Below are positions 8,335-18,539 of a stretch of 64,000 nucleotides of DNA, one piece after another. Where the stretch lies: contig JAHILH010000005.1 of assembly GCA_018897195.1 (NCBI GenBank), positions 128,745 to 192,744 on the forward strand, read 5' to 3'. The translations under genes were made by a program, and so were the position numbers. Every line of letters begins with the position of its first letter. Positions within the stretch are counted from its first letter, which is position 1. The stretch is from Patescibacteria group bacterium. GTDB lineage: Bacteria > Patescibacteriota > Patescibacteriia > Patescibacteriales > UBA12075. The notes beneath the pieces are model-generated. The model saw only the letters and a list, made by a program, of their open reading frames with translations. It searched no databases and was not told where the DNA came from.

Positions 8335-9738
8335 CTATTTTAGGGCCTTTTTATACAATTCTATATACCTCTGGGCTGAATGATTCCAAGAAAAATCAGT
8401 TGTCATGCCAGTCCGTTGAATTTTTTTCCACTCATCACTATTGGAATATAAGGCTATTGCTCTTTTTAATGCATCTTTCAGGCCTTTTATCGTCATTGTC
8501 TCAAAAGAAAAGCCATTCATCTGACACCTTACATGCCTTGCCTCACATTCAAATACCGTATCCACCAAGCCACCGACTGCGCGCACGACGGGCACAGTCC
8601 CATAGCGCATCGCAATCATTTGGCCTAAACCACATGGCTCAAAGCGTGACGGCATCAAAAATATGTCCGAACCGGCATAAATAAGCTGGGCTAATTTTAT
8701 ATCAAATTTATTTTGTACACTAACCTTTTGTGGATATTGTTTTGCTAATTTTTTCAATAAGTCTTCGTATTTTTTATCACCAGTTCCTAAAAAAACAAAC
8801 TGACAATCAAGATTGATAATTTCCTCCGTAATTAATCCCAACCCCTTTTGTTCCACAAATCTTGAAATAAGCCCAACAAGGGGCTTGCTCGACATCTCAA
8901 GTCCAACCAATTCTTGAAGCTTTGTTTTGTTTATTTTCTTACCAGTCAAATTATCACTTGAATATTTTTTTGCAATCAATTTATCCTTGGCTGGGTTAAA
9001 GAAATCCATATCAATGCCGTTTAAAATACCAGATACTTTATTTTTATTTTTTAGCAAAAGTTTTTCAAGCCCAGCTCCGAATAGCTTTCCAAAAATTTCT
9101 TTGGAATATGTCGGACTCACCGTGTTTACTTGATTGGCATAGACAATACCCTTTTCCATAAAATTTAAAGTCTTCTCCCCTACATCACGATCCAGTCCAA
9201 TTAATTCTAAAACTTTTTGACTTGTCTTGCCTTGATATTGTAAATTATGAATAGTTAAAACTGTTTTGATGTTTTTAAAATATTCATAATTAGAGGATTT
9301 TAACAAAAGCGGTATCATGGAAGTGTGATAATCATGACAATGAATAATATCAGGCTGGAATTTTAAAACTGGCAAGACATACAGACTAGCCTGTGAGAAA
9401 AATAGATATCTCTCTGCATTGTCGTCGTGGATATAAACATCTTTTTTCCCAAAATATTTTGAGTACTCAATAAAATAAACCTTAACACTTTTAAAACTAG
9501 TTTCCCAGACATTAACTTTAACCATCTTGTCCGCAAAAGGCACGGCAATATTGGCAAATTTTTTTTGGATATTATATTTCTCCTTGTCAATTAAACCATA
9601 AAGAGGCATGACGATGCGCACATCGCAATTATTTTTTTTCAAAGCCATTGGCAAGCTTCCCAAAACATCTGCCAGACCACCTACTTTAGCAAATGGCGCC
9701 ATTTCCGCGGTCACCATTAAAATTTTTAATTTTTTCAT
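8335..9738 (-). CDS. glgA: Glycogen/starch synthase (GT5), paralogue 1
   Basis: 467 aa; N-terminal EMAPFAKVGGLADV motif, GT-B fold C-terminal PSRFEPCGL. Confidence 0.9.
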   Translation of the reverse strand: MKKLKILMVTAEMAPFAKVGGLADVLGSLPMALKKNNCDVRIVMPLYGLIDKEKYNIQKKFANIAVPFADKMVKVNVWETSFKSVKVYFIEYSKYFGKKDVYIHDDNAERYLFFSQASLYVLPVLKFQPDIIHCHDYHTSMIPLLLKSSNYEYFKNIKTVLTIHNLQYQGKTSQKVLELIGLDRDVGEKTLNFMEKGIVYANQVNTVSPTYSKEIFGKLFGAGLEKLLLKNKNKVSGILNGIDMDFFNPAKDKLIAKKYSSDNLTGKKINKTKLQELVGLEMSSKPLVGLISRFVEQKGLGLITEEIINLDCQFVFLGTGDKKYEDLLKKLAKQYPQKVSVQNKFDIKLAQLIYAGSDIFLMPSRFEPCGLGQMIAMRYGTVPVVRAVGGLVDTVFECEARHVRCQMNGFSFETMTIKGLKDALKRAIALYSNSDEWKKIQRTGMTTDFSWNHSAQRYIELYKKALK

Positions 9739-9794
9739 AAAAGTAAATAACTAGGCGACCAGCTAACTGGGCAACCAGAATAATAAGTTAATTA

Positions 9795-10364
9795 TTATTG
9801 CTCCCCAATCCAATGTAAAATGTCTTGCACTAATTTATCATCGGGCAGGGTATTTGTTTCCACCACCAATGATGGCAGTCGAGACTCCTTAACAGCTTTT
9901 ATATATTTGTGTTGCTGTTCGATATACCAAGTGGCACTATGTAGAATATTTTTATAATTAGGATAAATATTCAAACGATCCTGAATTCTTTTTTCCAAAA
10001 TATTTTCATCCTCCGGAAATTTGATTAAAATTATTTTAAAATCTAAATTTTGCAAACGATCTTCCACCAGTGAATAATCCAGCTCTAAATTATTATAAAT
10101 CTGATTATAAACCTTGTCGGAAATATGCAATTTTTCTACGATTAAATTTTTTTCTCGCAGTTCTTCAAAGATGCCCAAATAGCCATCAATCACTTTTTGG
10201 CCATGTCCTGTTCCGTAAACTCCAATGTCGCAATTAAACCAATGACAACCATCCAAAATATTTTTATTTTGGTTATACTTTGGCTCCAAGTGATTATAAA
10301 CCTGGCTCATCAACCAGCTCTTACCAGCCAATTCCGCGCCTTCAAATATTAAATGTTGAGCCAT
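9795..10364 (-). CDS. P-loop kinase-like protein (dNK/TMPK-like fold), function unknown
   Basis: Walker A-like FEGAELAGKS at N-terminus; start set at ATG 10364 to avoid overlap with upstream PHP gene. Confidence 0.5.
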   Translation of the reverse strand: MAQHLIFEGAELAGKSWLMSQVYNHLEPKYNQNKNILDGCHWFNCDIGVYGTGHGQKVIDGYLGIFEELREKNLIVEKLHISDKVYNQIYNNLELDYSLVEDRLQNLDFKIILIKFPEDENILEKRIQDRLNIYPNYKNILHSATWYIEQQHKYIKAVKESRLPSLVVETNTLPDDKLVQDILHWIGEQ

Positions 10365-10371
10365 ATACAAT

Positions 10372-11235
10372 TTATTCAATAATTTCATTAATTTTTCGTA
10401 ATTTAGATGAATCGATTTTAAAATAATTCCAAGAATTTTGAATTCTAAAATTATTACCTTCATGACGATGAAAATCAGAACCACCAGTTTCAATCAAATC
10501 AAACTCACGAGCCATTAATTGCGCGTACACTACCGCGCCATAACTATGATGTGGTGACAAAACCTCAATACCATCGATTCCCATGTGCTTCAAATCCTCC
10601 AATACTGGTTTTCGAAGTTGGTTGTACTTGCCCGGATGATTAAAAATAATTTTTCCCCCTAGATCTTTTTTCAATTTTAAAATTCTTTCCAAGCTGACAT
10701 AAGTATTATCCAAAAAACTAGTTTCCTTGTTGTAAAAATATTTATTAATAACTTCATTTTCACGTAAAATATTAGTTTGCATTTCCGCCATCACCCTGGC
10801 AGCATTTTCCGGAACGGCTAAAAAGCGGTCAACAACTTGATTGACGGGAATATAATGATTGAATTCGTCCAAGATATTGTCAACGTCAATTTCAAAACCC
10901 TTGACCACTAATTTATTCAAGGCTTCACGAACTTTTTTACGACGTCGCACCTGCGTATCGCGCAACAACTTGTGTAATTGCGGGTTACGATCATCAAAAT
11001 TATACCACAAAAAATTCAAGCGCTTATTTTTATGCTTCACGTACAACTCCAAACCCGTAATTGGCTTGATACCTTTAGCAATACAGGCAGCGCGAAATTC
11101 ATCCAAGCCACCGACGGTGTTATGATCAGTCAAAGCCGCCACCTTGATACCCTTGGAATGAATAAAATCCACCACCTCGGTTGGCGTTAAATATCCATCT
11201 GAATAAGTTGAATGAAGTTGTAAATCAATTAACAT
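10372..11235 (-). CDS. PHP-domain phosphoesterase
   Basis: DLQLHSTYSDG, ALTDHNTVGG, GGSDFH metal-binding motifs; start at ATG 11235. Confidence 0.8.
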   Translation of the reverse strand: MLIDLQLHSTYSDGYLTPTEVVDFIHSKGIKVAALTDHNTVGGLDEFRAACIAKGIKPITGLELYVKHKNKRLNFLWYNFDDRNPQLHKLLRDTQVRRRKKVREALNKLVVKGFEIDVDNILDEFNHYIPVNQVVDRFLAVPENAARVMAEMQTNILRENEVINKYFYNKETSFLDNTYVSLERILKLKKDLGGKIIFNHPGKYNQLRKPVLEDLKHMGIDGIEVLSPHHSYGAVVYAQLMAREFDLIETGGSDFHRHEGNNFRIQNSWNYFKIDSSKLRKINEIIE

Positions 11236-11334
11236 AAATTTTGGAATAACCAGGAAACAATAACCAATAATCACAAAGATCATTTATTAGTTATTGAAAT
11301 TTGGTTATTTATTATTAATAAAAAATTACACGAA

Positions 11335-12354
11335 TTATATATTTAAATTCTGTTTAACTCTATCAATTAGGATTTGCGCCCTCTCTGGATTAGGGTCGTA
11401 TTTCAATAAAAGAAAAGTGGCAGTTCTGATTGCCGTCCAGTTATAATAATTATCAATTCTTTTTTGTAAATCTTCTGTTAGTTTTACTCTGCTACTCTTG
11501 AAATAACTATCCAAAAATAAATTTTTAATTTTTTTCTGGTAACTCTCGTCGGCAATTTTTCGACTACACATATACTCTAGTTGTTGTGAAAATGTTCCTA
11601 AGTCTCTTGCGAAATCTGTAAACGATAAATCCGTAAAATCGATAACCCCAATTTTTCTCTTGCCCATTCTAATTACATTCTCTGGGTGTGCATCACCATG
11701 AACCAGCCATCGCTTACTTGTTGACGATAAAAACTCTTCTTCATTTTTTACAAAAATTGCATACGCCTTTACATAAAAATCATAATATTCCGGAAAATCA
11801 TTTTGTATTCTTTCTAGTGTATGCTCTACACCCGGATACACTGTCTTGATACGACTATTATCTTCGTTGAATCGTTGTTCATCAGAAACTTTTAATTTGT
11901 GCAAACGAGAGAACCACTTAGCTGTCTTGGGCACCATATCTTCAATGATTGGAAAATTACTCTCTCTAATAAAATAATATAAATTACTGCCTTTAACGCC
12001 GCGATAAAATGTGGCTCGAAAATAGTCGGAGTAATAAAGTGGATGCGGGATACTTAAATAGCCGTCGCCAAATCCATGACTCCATAGAAATTTCAAATTA
12101 TCATAAACATTCTTTCGAGGCTCAGTAGAATGAGCTGTACAAAAAATTGGTAGCTCACGGCGCTTACCTTTTTTATCAACAAACGTAGTTACAAACTCAA
12201 TCACCACATGATACGTAGTTTCCCAAATAAGCTTTTTCCAAGGTTTAATAACTACTTTTTTAATATCAACAAAATCTGGATAACTTGGCAAAATCCTTTT
12301 TTTTAAATATGTAATAACATATTCATCATCCAATAATTGATTTATTCTATTCAT
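11335..12354 (-). CDS. Aminoglycoside-phosphotransferase/choline-kinase-fold kinase (substrate unknown)
   Basis: 339 aa; catalytic HGDAHPENV and VIDFTD motifs of the APH/protein-kinase-like superfamily. Confidence 0.75.
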   Translation of the reverse strand: MNRINQLLDDEYVITYLKKRILPSYPDFVDIKKVVIKPWKKLIWETTYHVVIEFVTTFVDKKGKRRELPIFCTAHSTEPRKNVYDNLKFLWSHGFGDGYLSIPHPLYYSDYFRATFYRGVKGSNLYYFIRESNFPIIEDMVPKTAKWFSRLHKLKVSDEQRFNEDNSRIKTVYPGVEHTLERIQNDFPEYYDFYVKAYAIFVKNEEEFLSSTSKRWLVHGDAHPENVIRMGKRKIGVIDFTDLSFTDFARDLGTFSQQLEYMCSRKIADESYQKKIKNLFLDSYFKSSRVKLTEDLQKRIDNYYNWTAIRTATFLLLKYDPNPERAQILIDRVKQNLNI

Positions 12355-12369
12355 AACTTTCCAGTATCG

Positions 12370-12402
12370 CTATTCCCGCTCTTGCGGAAATACAGGTACC
12401 AC
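12370..12402 (+). repeat. Degenerate copy of repeat family 2
   Basis: ctattcccgctcttgcggaaatacaggtaccac versus gtcattcccgcgaaggcgggaatccaggcgccac. Confidence 0.5.
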
Positions 12403-12457
12403 GTCTTATATTTTAATTAAATTATTTTTTAAACAAAGAGCCCGACAAGAAGATTGA

Positions 12458-13630
12458 TTAATTTTTTTTCCAATGGTACTCCCAATGCTCATGCCAAATC
12501 ATATGTTTTATTTTTATATAAAGCTTTTCGCCTTTTATTTTCACACTCCTAGTTTCCACATTATGCAAGGATCTGATTGCGCGAATAAACTCATTAACAC
12601 CGCGCTCAACCTCATCCGGATTCCAGGAAACAGAGCCAAATAGTTTAAAGTCGCGTCCCGATGCCCACCAAAAAGTACAACTTGCCAAACCCAGAGTATA
12701 GTGTCTTTGCGCCCAAATAATATTTTCATCCTCAGCATTGTTCTCAATAACCTCATTAGCCAAATTGGCTAAATTCCAAAGCTGTTTGTGTATTTTATTT
12801 CTAGGATCTAGCCATAGTGCATAAGGCACGCTTTTGGTGATTTCTGACTCCGTTGACTCCCAATTACAAGGAGTGATTTTTACTTTCACCGCGGTTTTAT
12901 TCTGAAGATGCTCGGAAATTGTCAACGTTTTTAAATCAGCTCTTTTTAAGAGTTTTTCAAATTCAGCCGTATGGTCAAGATGTCGTAAGCCATAAAGCTC
13001 AGCATCCGTCGCCGTAATATATAACTCATGTTTATTTTTATAATCCAACAGTTTTTGGTCATTACCCAAAATATCCGGCACAAAGTTTTGCGACAAGCCC
13101 CTCATCCGAAACACAACCTTTAGTCCACTATTCTCATCTAGATAGTTTTTAGAAAAATCAACATTACCAAACTGTCCACCATGAGCGATTTCATCCACGA
13201 TAATCCACTCATAGCCCAAGCTCTTTACCAGTTTGGCTGCCTCCACACCATAAGCCATTTCTGGGAAAAAAAATCCCCTGGGCTTGAAGTCGGATCCAAA
13301 ATGCTTTTGCAAAATAATCTCATTTTCTTTAATTTGCCTTTCCACCTCCTCAAGCGGTATCAATGGCACTAAGGGATGATAGGCACAAGTCCCGGTGAGT
13401 TCTACCTGCCCTTTTTTAACTAATTTTTTAATTCTCCCAATTAAGTCACCCTCATTTAACGCCTCCCAGTGCGCGAACAAACAACCTTGAATATTTAAAG
13501 TAAACTTAGTTTGCGGATTTTCCTCCAAGGCTCTTACAATTCTCCGATAGCTCATGTCAGTTGCTTCTTGAATAAAATAAGCATCCTTGTTGGCTGGTTG
13601 ATATAAATGTAAAAAATTAATCCAAAGCAT
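12458..13630 (-). CDS. Glycoside hydrolase family 57-like alpha-glucan enzyme
   Basis: N-terminal NFLHLYQPAN, EMAYG region typical of GH57; start at ATG 13630. Confidence 0.7.
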   Translation of the reverse strand: MLWINFLHLYQPANKDAYFIQEATDMSYRRIVRALEENPQTKFTLNIQGCLFAHWEALNEGDLIGRIKKLVKKGQVELTGTCAYHPLVPLIPLEEVERQIKENEIILQKHFGSDFKPRGFFFPEMAYGVEAAKLVKSLGYEWIIVDEIAHGGQFGNVDFSKNYLDENSGLKVVFRMRGLSQNFVPDILGNDQKLLDYKNKHELYITATDAELYGLRHLDHTAEFEKLLKRADLKTLTISEHLQNKTAVKVKITPCNWESTESEITKSVPYALWLDPRNKIHKQLWNLANLANEVIENNAEDENIIWAQRHYTLGLASCTFWWASGRDFKLFGSVSWNPDEVERGVNEFIRAIRSLHNVETRSVKIKGEKLYIKIKHMIWHEHWEYHWKKN

Positions 13631-13719
13631 AACAGAATAATTAATAACCAAGTTACAATCACCATAGATTGAGCATCTTGATATTTATTAATATTATATA
13701 AATTTTCTTTAAGTAAATA

Positions 13720-15186
13720 TTATTTCAACTTCAACGCCTTCTTGTATAGCGCCAAATATTTCTTCGCTGGTATTTCCCAGCTATTTGATTCTTGCATACC
13801 GCGCACCACTAAATCCTTCCATGTTTCTTTGTCTTTATACACTTCTAGCGCCCTAATGATCGCTCCATACAATGAAAATTTATCAAACCCGGCAAAAGAA
13901 AAACCAGTTCCTCTTTTTACTGTTGGGTTAAAATTACGCACAGTATCATTCAGACCACCGATTTTGCGAACGATTGGCACACAGCCATAACGCATGGCGA
14001 TTAATTGGTTAATACCACAAGGCTCGTGATGTGACGGTAATAAGAAAAAATCTGAGCCAGCATAAACCAAGGTCTCATATTTCTGATTCTCCTCGTGCGA
14101 AGGTATCACGGCCAACTTGTTAGGGTATTTCTTGGCAACTTTTTGCAACTCCTTGATGTATTTTTTATCACCAGCGCCAATCACGATCATTTGCAAATTC
14201 AACTCCATTAATTGCCAGATAATTTTTAGTATTAATTCAAAGCCTTTCTGAAAGGTCACACGCGACGTTGAACAAATAAGTGGAACATCGGGATCAATTG
14301 TTAAGCCAAATTTTTCCTGAACAAATAATTTATTTTCTTTTTTGTTCTGACTTTTTTGATAATCATATTTCTTGTGTAATCCCGGATCTTCTAATGGGTT
14401 ATAAGCCTTATAATCAATACCGTTCACAATGCCAAACAGGCGATCTTCTCGATTTTTCAAAACACGATGCAAGTCCTGCCCAATATTCTTTGTAATTATC
14501 TCTTCCCGATATTGCTCACTTACCGTGTTTACCATATCAGCTGACAAAATTGCTCGCTTGGCAAAATTAAGATATTTAATATCCGGATCAGTGATATGGG
14601 GAATTTTTTTACGCCCAAAGTCCTTTTTCTCTATTGGCACCTCCCACCAATTCATTCCCAGCTGAAAAATTAAATTGTGAATTGTAAATATAGTCTTTGC
14701 GTTGCGCAATGTTTTGGAATAGCGGAAATCTGTTTTTAAATAAAATGGGATTAAACCAGTCTGCCAATCATGACAATGAACTATATCAGCTTCAAACTTT
14801 AACATTGAAATCAATTTTAAAGCCGCTACATCAAAAATCAAAAAACGCTCATTTTCACGATCAGACCCATATAGGGTTTTTTTCTTGGAAAAATATTTCG
14901 TATTCTCAATAAAATAAACTGGCAAATTTTTCAATAAATAACCCTTCCAATAATTAACAACCACTTCCTCTTTTGAATTTAAAGAAACTTTTACATTTTT
15001 ATAAAGTAGTTTTAAATCATATTTTTCTTTATCAATCACTTGTCCATACAAGGGTGTAATGCAAATAATCTCATGACCCAGCCTGGACAAGGCCTTGGGT
15101 AAACTACGAGCCACATCAGCCAAACCACCAGACTTAGAAAAAGGCGAAAGCTCTGCAGATATTGAAACTATTTTTAATTTATTCAT
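13720..15186 (-). CDS. glgA: Glycogen/starch synthase (GT5), paralogue 2
   Basis: 488 aa; ELSPFSKSGGLADV, PSHHEPCGI motifs. Confidence 0.9.
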   Translation of the reverse strand: MNKLKIVSISAELSPFSKSGGLADVARSLPKALSRLGHEIICITPLYGQVIDKEKYDLKLLYKNVKVSLNSKEEVVVNYWKGYLLKNLPVYFIENTKYFSKKKTLYGSDRENERFLIFDVAALKLISMLKFEADIVHCHDWQTGLIPFYLKTDFRYSKTLRNAKTIFTIHNLIFQLGMNWWEVPIEKKDFGRKKIPHITDPDIKYLNFAKRAILSADMVNTVSEQYREEIITKNIGQDLHRVLKNREDRLFGIVNGIDYKAYNPLEDPGLHKKYDYQKSQNKKENKLFVQEKFGLTIDPDVPLICSTSRVTFQKGFELILKIIWQLMELNLQMIVIGAGDKKYIKELQKVAKKYPNKLAVIPSHEENQKYETLVYAGSDFFLLPSHHEPCGINQLIAMRYGCVPIVRKIGGLNDTVRNFNPTVKRGTGFSFAGFDKFSLYGAIIRALEVYKDKETWKDLVVRGMQESNSWEIPAKKYLALYKKALKLK

Positions 15187-15218
15187 ACAACGAATTTTGA
15201 TTTATTTTTTATAAACAA

Positions 15219-15713
15219 TTAGACTGTGTCCAGGTGCTGATTGCACGCACAAATCGCGACGGCAAGAGCATCAGCCGCATCATCGGGCTGAGGAATATTT
15301 TTCAAATTCAACAACATTTTTACCATTCTTTGCACCTGCGCCTTGGGCGCTTTTCCATAAGAAGAAACTGCCTGCTTTACTTGTAGTGGTGTAAACTCAA
15401 CCACGCGCACATTTTGCTGTCTTGCTGTTAACAAAATAACACCGCGAGCATGTCCAACCACAAGCGCGGTTTTTACATTCTTATTAAAGAATAATTCTTC
15501 GACTGAAATTAAATCCGGTTTATACTTTTTGATAATATCGGCAAGCGCGCGATTTAAAATTTCTAAACGATCTGTCAGTGGTGTGTGAGCGTCGGTTTTT
15601 ACTGAACCATAATCAAGACATTTGATTTTACCTTGCGCATCTTTGGAAATAACACCAAACCCAGTGTCGGCAATGCCAGGGTCAATGCCAAGTATAATTT
15701 TAACTTTTTGCAT
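15219..15713 (-). CDS. ruvC: Crossover junction endodeoxyribonuclease RuvC
   Basis: 164 aa; ILGIDPGIADTGFGVI N-terminus and C-terminal DAADALAVA. Confidence 0.92.
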   Translation of the reverse strand: MQKVKIILGIDPGIADTGFGVISKDAQGKIKCLDYGSVKTDAHTPLTDRLEILNRALADIIKKYKPDLISVEELFFNKNVKTALVVGHARGVILLTARQQNVRVVEFTPLQVKQAVSSYGKAPKAQVQRMVKMLLNLKNIPQPDDAADALAVAICACNQHLDTV

Positions 15714-15715
15714 TT

Positions 15716-16441
15716 TTAAATATTCGCATTAGTATAATAATCAGCCACATCATCCGAATAATCCAAACTATCAATAAAATTTTCCACTTTCTCTTTGTCC
15801 TCATCACTTAATTCCAATTGCTCCTTAGCCACAAATTCAATTTCTGCCGACTCGGTCGCAACGCCCTGACTTTCCAAAAATTTCTGTACTACCTGCAAAT
15901 CACCCATTGTTGTATAAATAGTCACACCACCTTCTTCGCTCACAATATCATCCGCCCCCGCTTCAATTAAATCTAATTCCAAATCATCTATCTTAATACT
16001 TTTCTCTTTCAAGCTTTCGGCTGAAACACTAATCACGCCCCTCTTGTCGAAATTCCACATTACAGAACCCAACGACCCACCAATTTTGGTAAATAAATGA
16101 CGAATTTGCGCCGCACTCCGATTCTTATTATCTGTCAATGTCTTGATAATAAACTGCGCATTCGCTGGACCAACGCCTTCATAATACAACTCCTCTATCA
16201 CCCCACCGTCCAAAGCCCCGGTTCCTTTTTTAATCGCCCGCTCAATATTCTCCTTCGGCATATTCGCGGCTTTGGCCTTATCAACGGCCATACGTAAAGT
16301 GAAGTTTGTATCGAGGTCACCTCCCTTTTCCCGCGCTGCAATTGTAATTAAATTCGATAATTTTGTAAAAATAGCACCTCTTTTAGCATCAACCACCGCT
16401 TTGGCTCTTTTAGTTGTCGCCCATTTAGAATGTCCTGACAT
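15716..16441 (-). CDS. yebC: YebC/PmpR family DNA-binding regulator
   Basis: MSGHSKWATTKRAKAVVDAKRG N-terminus; 241 aa. Confidence 0.92.
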   Translation of the reverse strand: MSGHSKWATTKRAKAVVDAKRGAIFTKLSNLITIAAREKGGDLDTNFTLRMAVDKAKAANMPKENIERAIKKGTGALDGGVIEELYYEGVGPANAQFIIKTLTDNKNRSAAQIRHLFTKIGGSLGSVMWNFDKRGVISVSAESLKEKSIKIDDLELDLIEAGADDIVSEEGGVTIYTTMGDLQVVQKFLESQGVATESAEIEFVAKEQLELSDEDKEKVENFIDSLDYSDDVADYYTNANI

Positions 16442-16592
16442 ATATTTAGCTTTAATTATAATTCACTCTCCTTATAATGACACGGATGGAATAAAAAATC
16501 AAGTTTTTATTTTTTTTTCATCACAAAATTACCTTGATTACTTAAATAAAAAATGTTAAAATTAACACATTAATTATCTTAAAATAAATCAT

Positions 16593-17660
16593 ATGGATGC
16601 CAAAAAAGCTTTATTTGAATATAAACAAAAAGTTGACGTCGAATTAGAAAGTTTTTTTCAAAAAGTCATTAGCGAAAATGAAAAAATCGACGTTGATATT
16701 GCCGGTGCAATGGATTATGTTCGACAAATCACCATGGCTGGCGGCAAACGTGCTCGAGCTGCTTTTATGTATTACGGATATTTAGCGGCGGGCGGCACAA
16801 GAAAAAAAGATATAACCAGAGCTAGTATTAGCACTGAGATCATGCATTCTTTTGCCCTAATCCATGACGACATTATTGACCAAGACAGTCTTCGTCATGG
16901 TATTACCACGACACATGTTCACTACAGCAAGATGGCTAAAAAATATTTCAAAAATAAAAATGCTGCACATTTTGGCGATTCTATGGCCATTGTCGTTGGT
17001 GACATGATAAATGCTCTAGGAAATCGTGTTTTATTAGAGGCAAATTTTTCACCACACCTAGTCGCTAAGGCAGCGCACCGTCTGCAAAACATAATTTTTA
17101 TAACCATTGTCGGTGAGACTGAAGATATTTTAATTGAAAATCGTGGTCAAGCAACTGAAAAAGAAATTTTGCAAATGTATAAAAATAAAACTGCCACATA
17201 CACCATTGAGGGTCCATTACACATAGGGGCAATTCTGGCTGGGGCTGATGAAAAATTTTTACTAGCCCTGAGCAACTACGCCATCCCCACGGGCATTGCT
17301 TTTCAAATTCAAGATGATGTTTTAGGAATCTTTGGAACAAAAAGTAAAACAGGAAAATCCATTGATTCGGACATTAGGCAAGGCAAACAAACTATTTTAG
17401 TGGTCAAGGCCCAAGAAAAAGCTAACAAAAAACAAAAAACTATTCTTAAAAATTGCCTAGGCAACAAGAATTTAACCGAAACCGATTTAGCTGATTTTAA
17501 ACAAGTAATCATTGATACTGGTTCATTGAAATACGCCCAGGCTATGGCAACGAAATTAATCACCAAGGCAAAGAATGAAATTACTAATCAAAAAATATCC
17601 AAAGAAGCTAAGGACTTCTTAATAAATATTGCCGACTACATGCTTAATCGTGAAATTTAA
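16593..17660 (+). CDS. Polyprenyl diphosphate synthase (trans-IPPS)
   Basis: Two Asp-rich motifs, LIHDDIIDQD and FQIQDDVLG. Confidence 0.88.
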   Translation: MDAKKALFEYKQKVDVELESFFQKVISENEKIDVDIAGAMDYVRQITMAGGKRARAAFMYYGYLAAGGTRKKDITRASISTEIMHSFALIHDDIIDQDSLRHGITTTHVHYSKMAKKYFKNKNAAHFGDSMAIVVGDMINALGNRVLLEANFSPHLVAKAAHRLQNIIFITIVGETEDILIENRGQATEKEILQMYKNKTATYTIEGPLHIGAILAGADEKFLLALSNYAIPTGIAFQIQDDVLGIFGTKSKTGKSIDSDIRQGKQTILVVKAQEKANKKQKTILKNCLGNKNLTETDLADFKQVIIDTGSLKYAQAMATKLITKAKNEITNQKISKEAKDFLINIADYMLNREI

Positions 17661-17753
17661 ATCATTTGTCATCACCGTATCTACGTGGTGCGCCTCTATA
17701 AATATAATAAACCAGGAACTTAAAATAACAATTATAAAATTAAATATAACTAC

Positions 17754-18467
17754 ATGACCAAGGAAAAATTAAACAGACCAAAACACCTCGTTATCATTCC
17801 CGACGGCAATCGTCGCTGGGCCAAGGCCCTGGGTCTCAAACCATGGGATGGACACGAAGCTGGGGCTAAGAATACCGAAAAACTCTTAACATACGCCTTG
17901 GAAAACAATATCGAATGCGTTACCATCTGGGGTTCTTCAATCGACAATATTAAAAAACGCCCCTTAATGGAAAAGAGGGCGCTCTTGAAAATTTACGAAG
18001 TCTATTTCAAAAAACTTTTAACTAACCCAGCCATCGAAGCCGAACAAGCCAAAGTCAGTTTTCTCGGCCGTTGGGAGACACAATTCCCCAACTCCCTTAA
18101 AACGACCATCTACGCCCTGATTGAAAAAACCAAAAATTACGACAAGAAAATGCTCAACTTTATGTTGGCATACAGTGGCGACGACGAAATGCTCGACACG
18201 ATTAATCGCATTCATGATAAATATAAAAAAGGTACCGAGATCACTGCCAAGATTTTAAAAGAAAGTCTCATGACCTCCCAACTACCACCAGTCGACTACA
18301 TGATCCGCACCGGTGGCGACGCCCACCTCAGTGCCGGCTTCATGATGTGGGATACGGCCAATGCTCAACTTTTTTTCGCTGACGAGAAATTCCCCGACTT
18401 TGATACTAAAAAACTTGCGGCCGCTCTAGTTGAATATAGCAATCGACAAAGACGTTTTGGAAAATAA
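17754..18467 (+). CDS. uppS: Undecaprenyl (cis-prenyl) diphosphate synthase
   Basis: HLVIIPDGNRRWA motif, IRTGG region; 237 aa. Confidence 0.92.
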   Translation: MTKEKLNRPKHLVIIPDGNRRWAKALGLKPWDGHEAGAKNTEKLLTYALENNIECVTIWGSSIDNIKKRPLMEKRALLKIYEVYFKKLLTNPAIEAEQAKVSFLGRWETQFPNSLKTTIYALIEKTKNYDKKMLNFMLAYSGDDEMLDTINRIHDKYKKGTEITAKILKESLMTSQLPPVDYMIRTGGDAHLSAGFMMWDTANAQLFFADEKFPDFDTKKLAAALVEYSNRQRRFGK

Positions 18468-18472
18468 CAAAA

Positions 18473-18496
18473 AGAGAGCCGACGCACTGGCTCTCT
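18473..18496. terminator. Bidirectional hairpin terminator between convergent uppS and NERD genes
   Basis: agagagcc-gacgcact-ggctctct flanked by A5 and T5. Confidence 0.65.
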
Positions 18497-18539
18497 TTTT
18501 GTTATTTATAAATAAATCTAATTACCCCTCAATCAGTAA

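Noticed and set aside
9795-10493. The 232-aa version of the P-loop protein overlapping the PHP gene by about 120 nt
   Set aside because: The N-terminal extension is a hydrophobic read-through of the PHP gene's 3' end. ATG 10364 lies just after the PHP stop and places the Walker A-like motif at the N-terminus, as expected.
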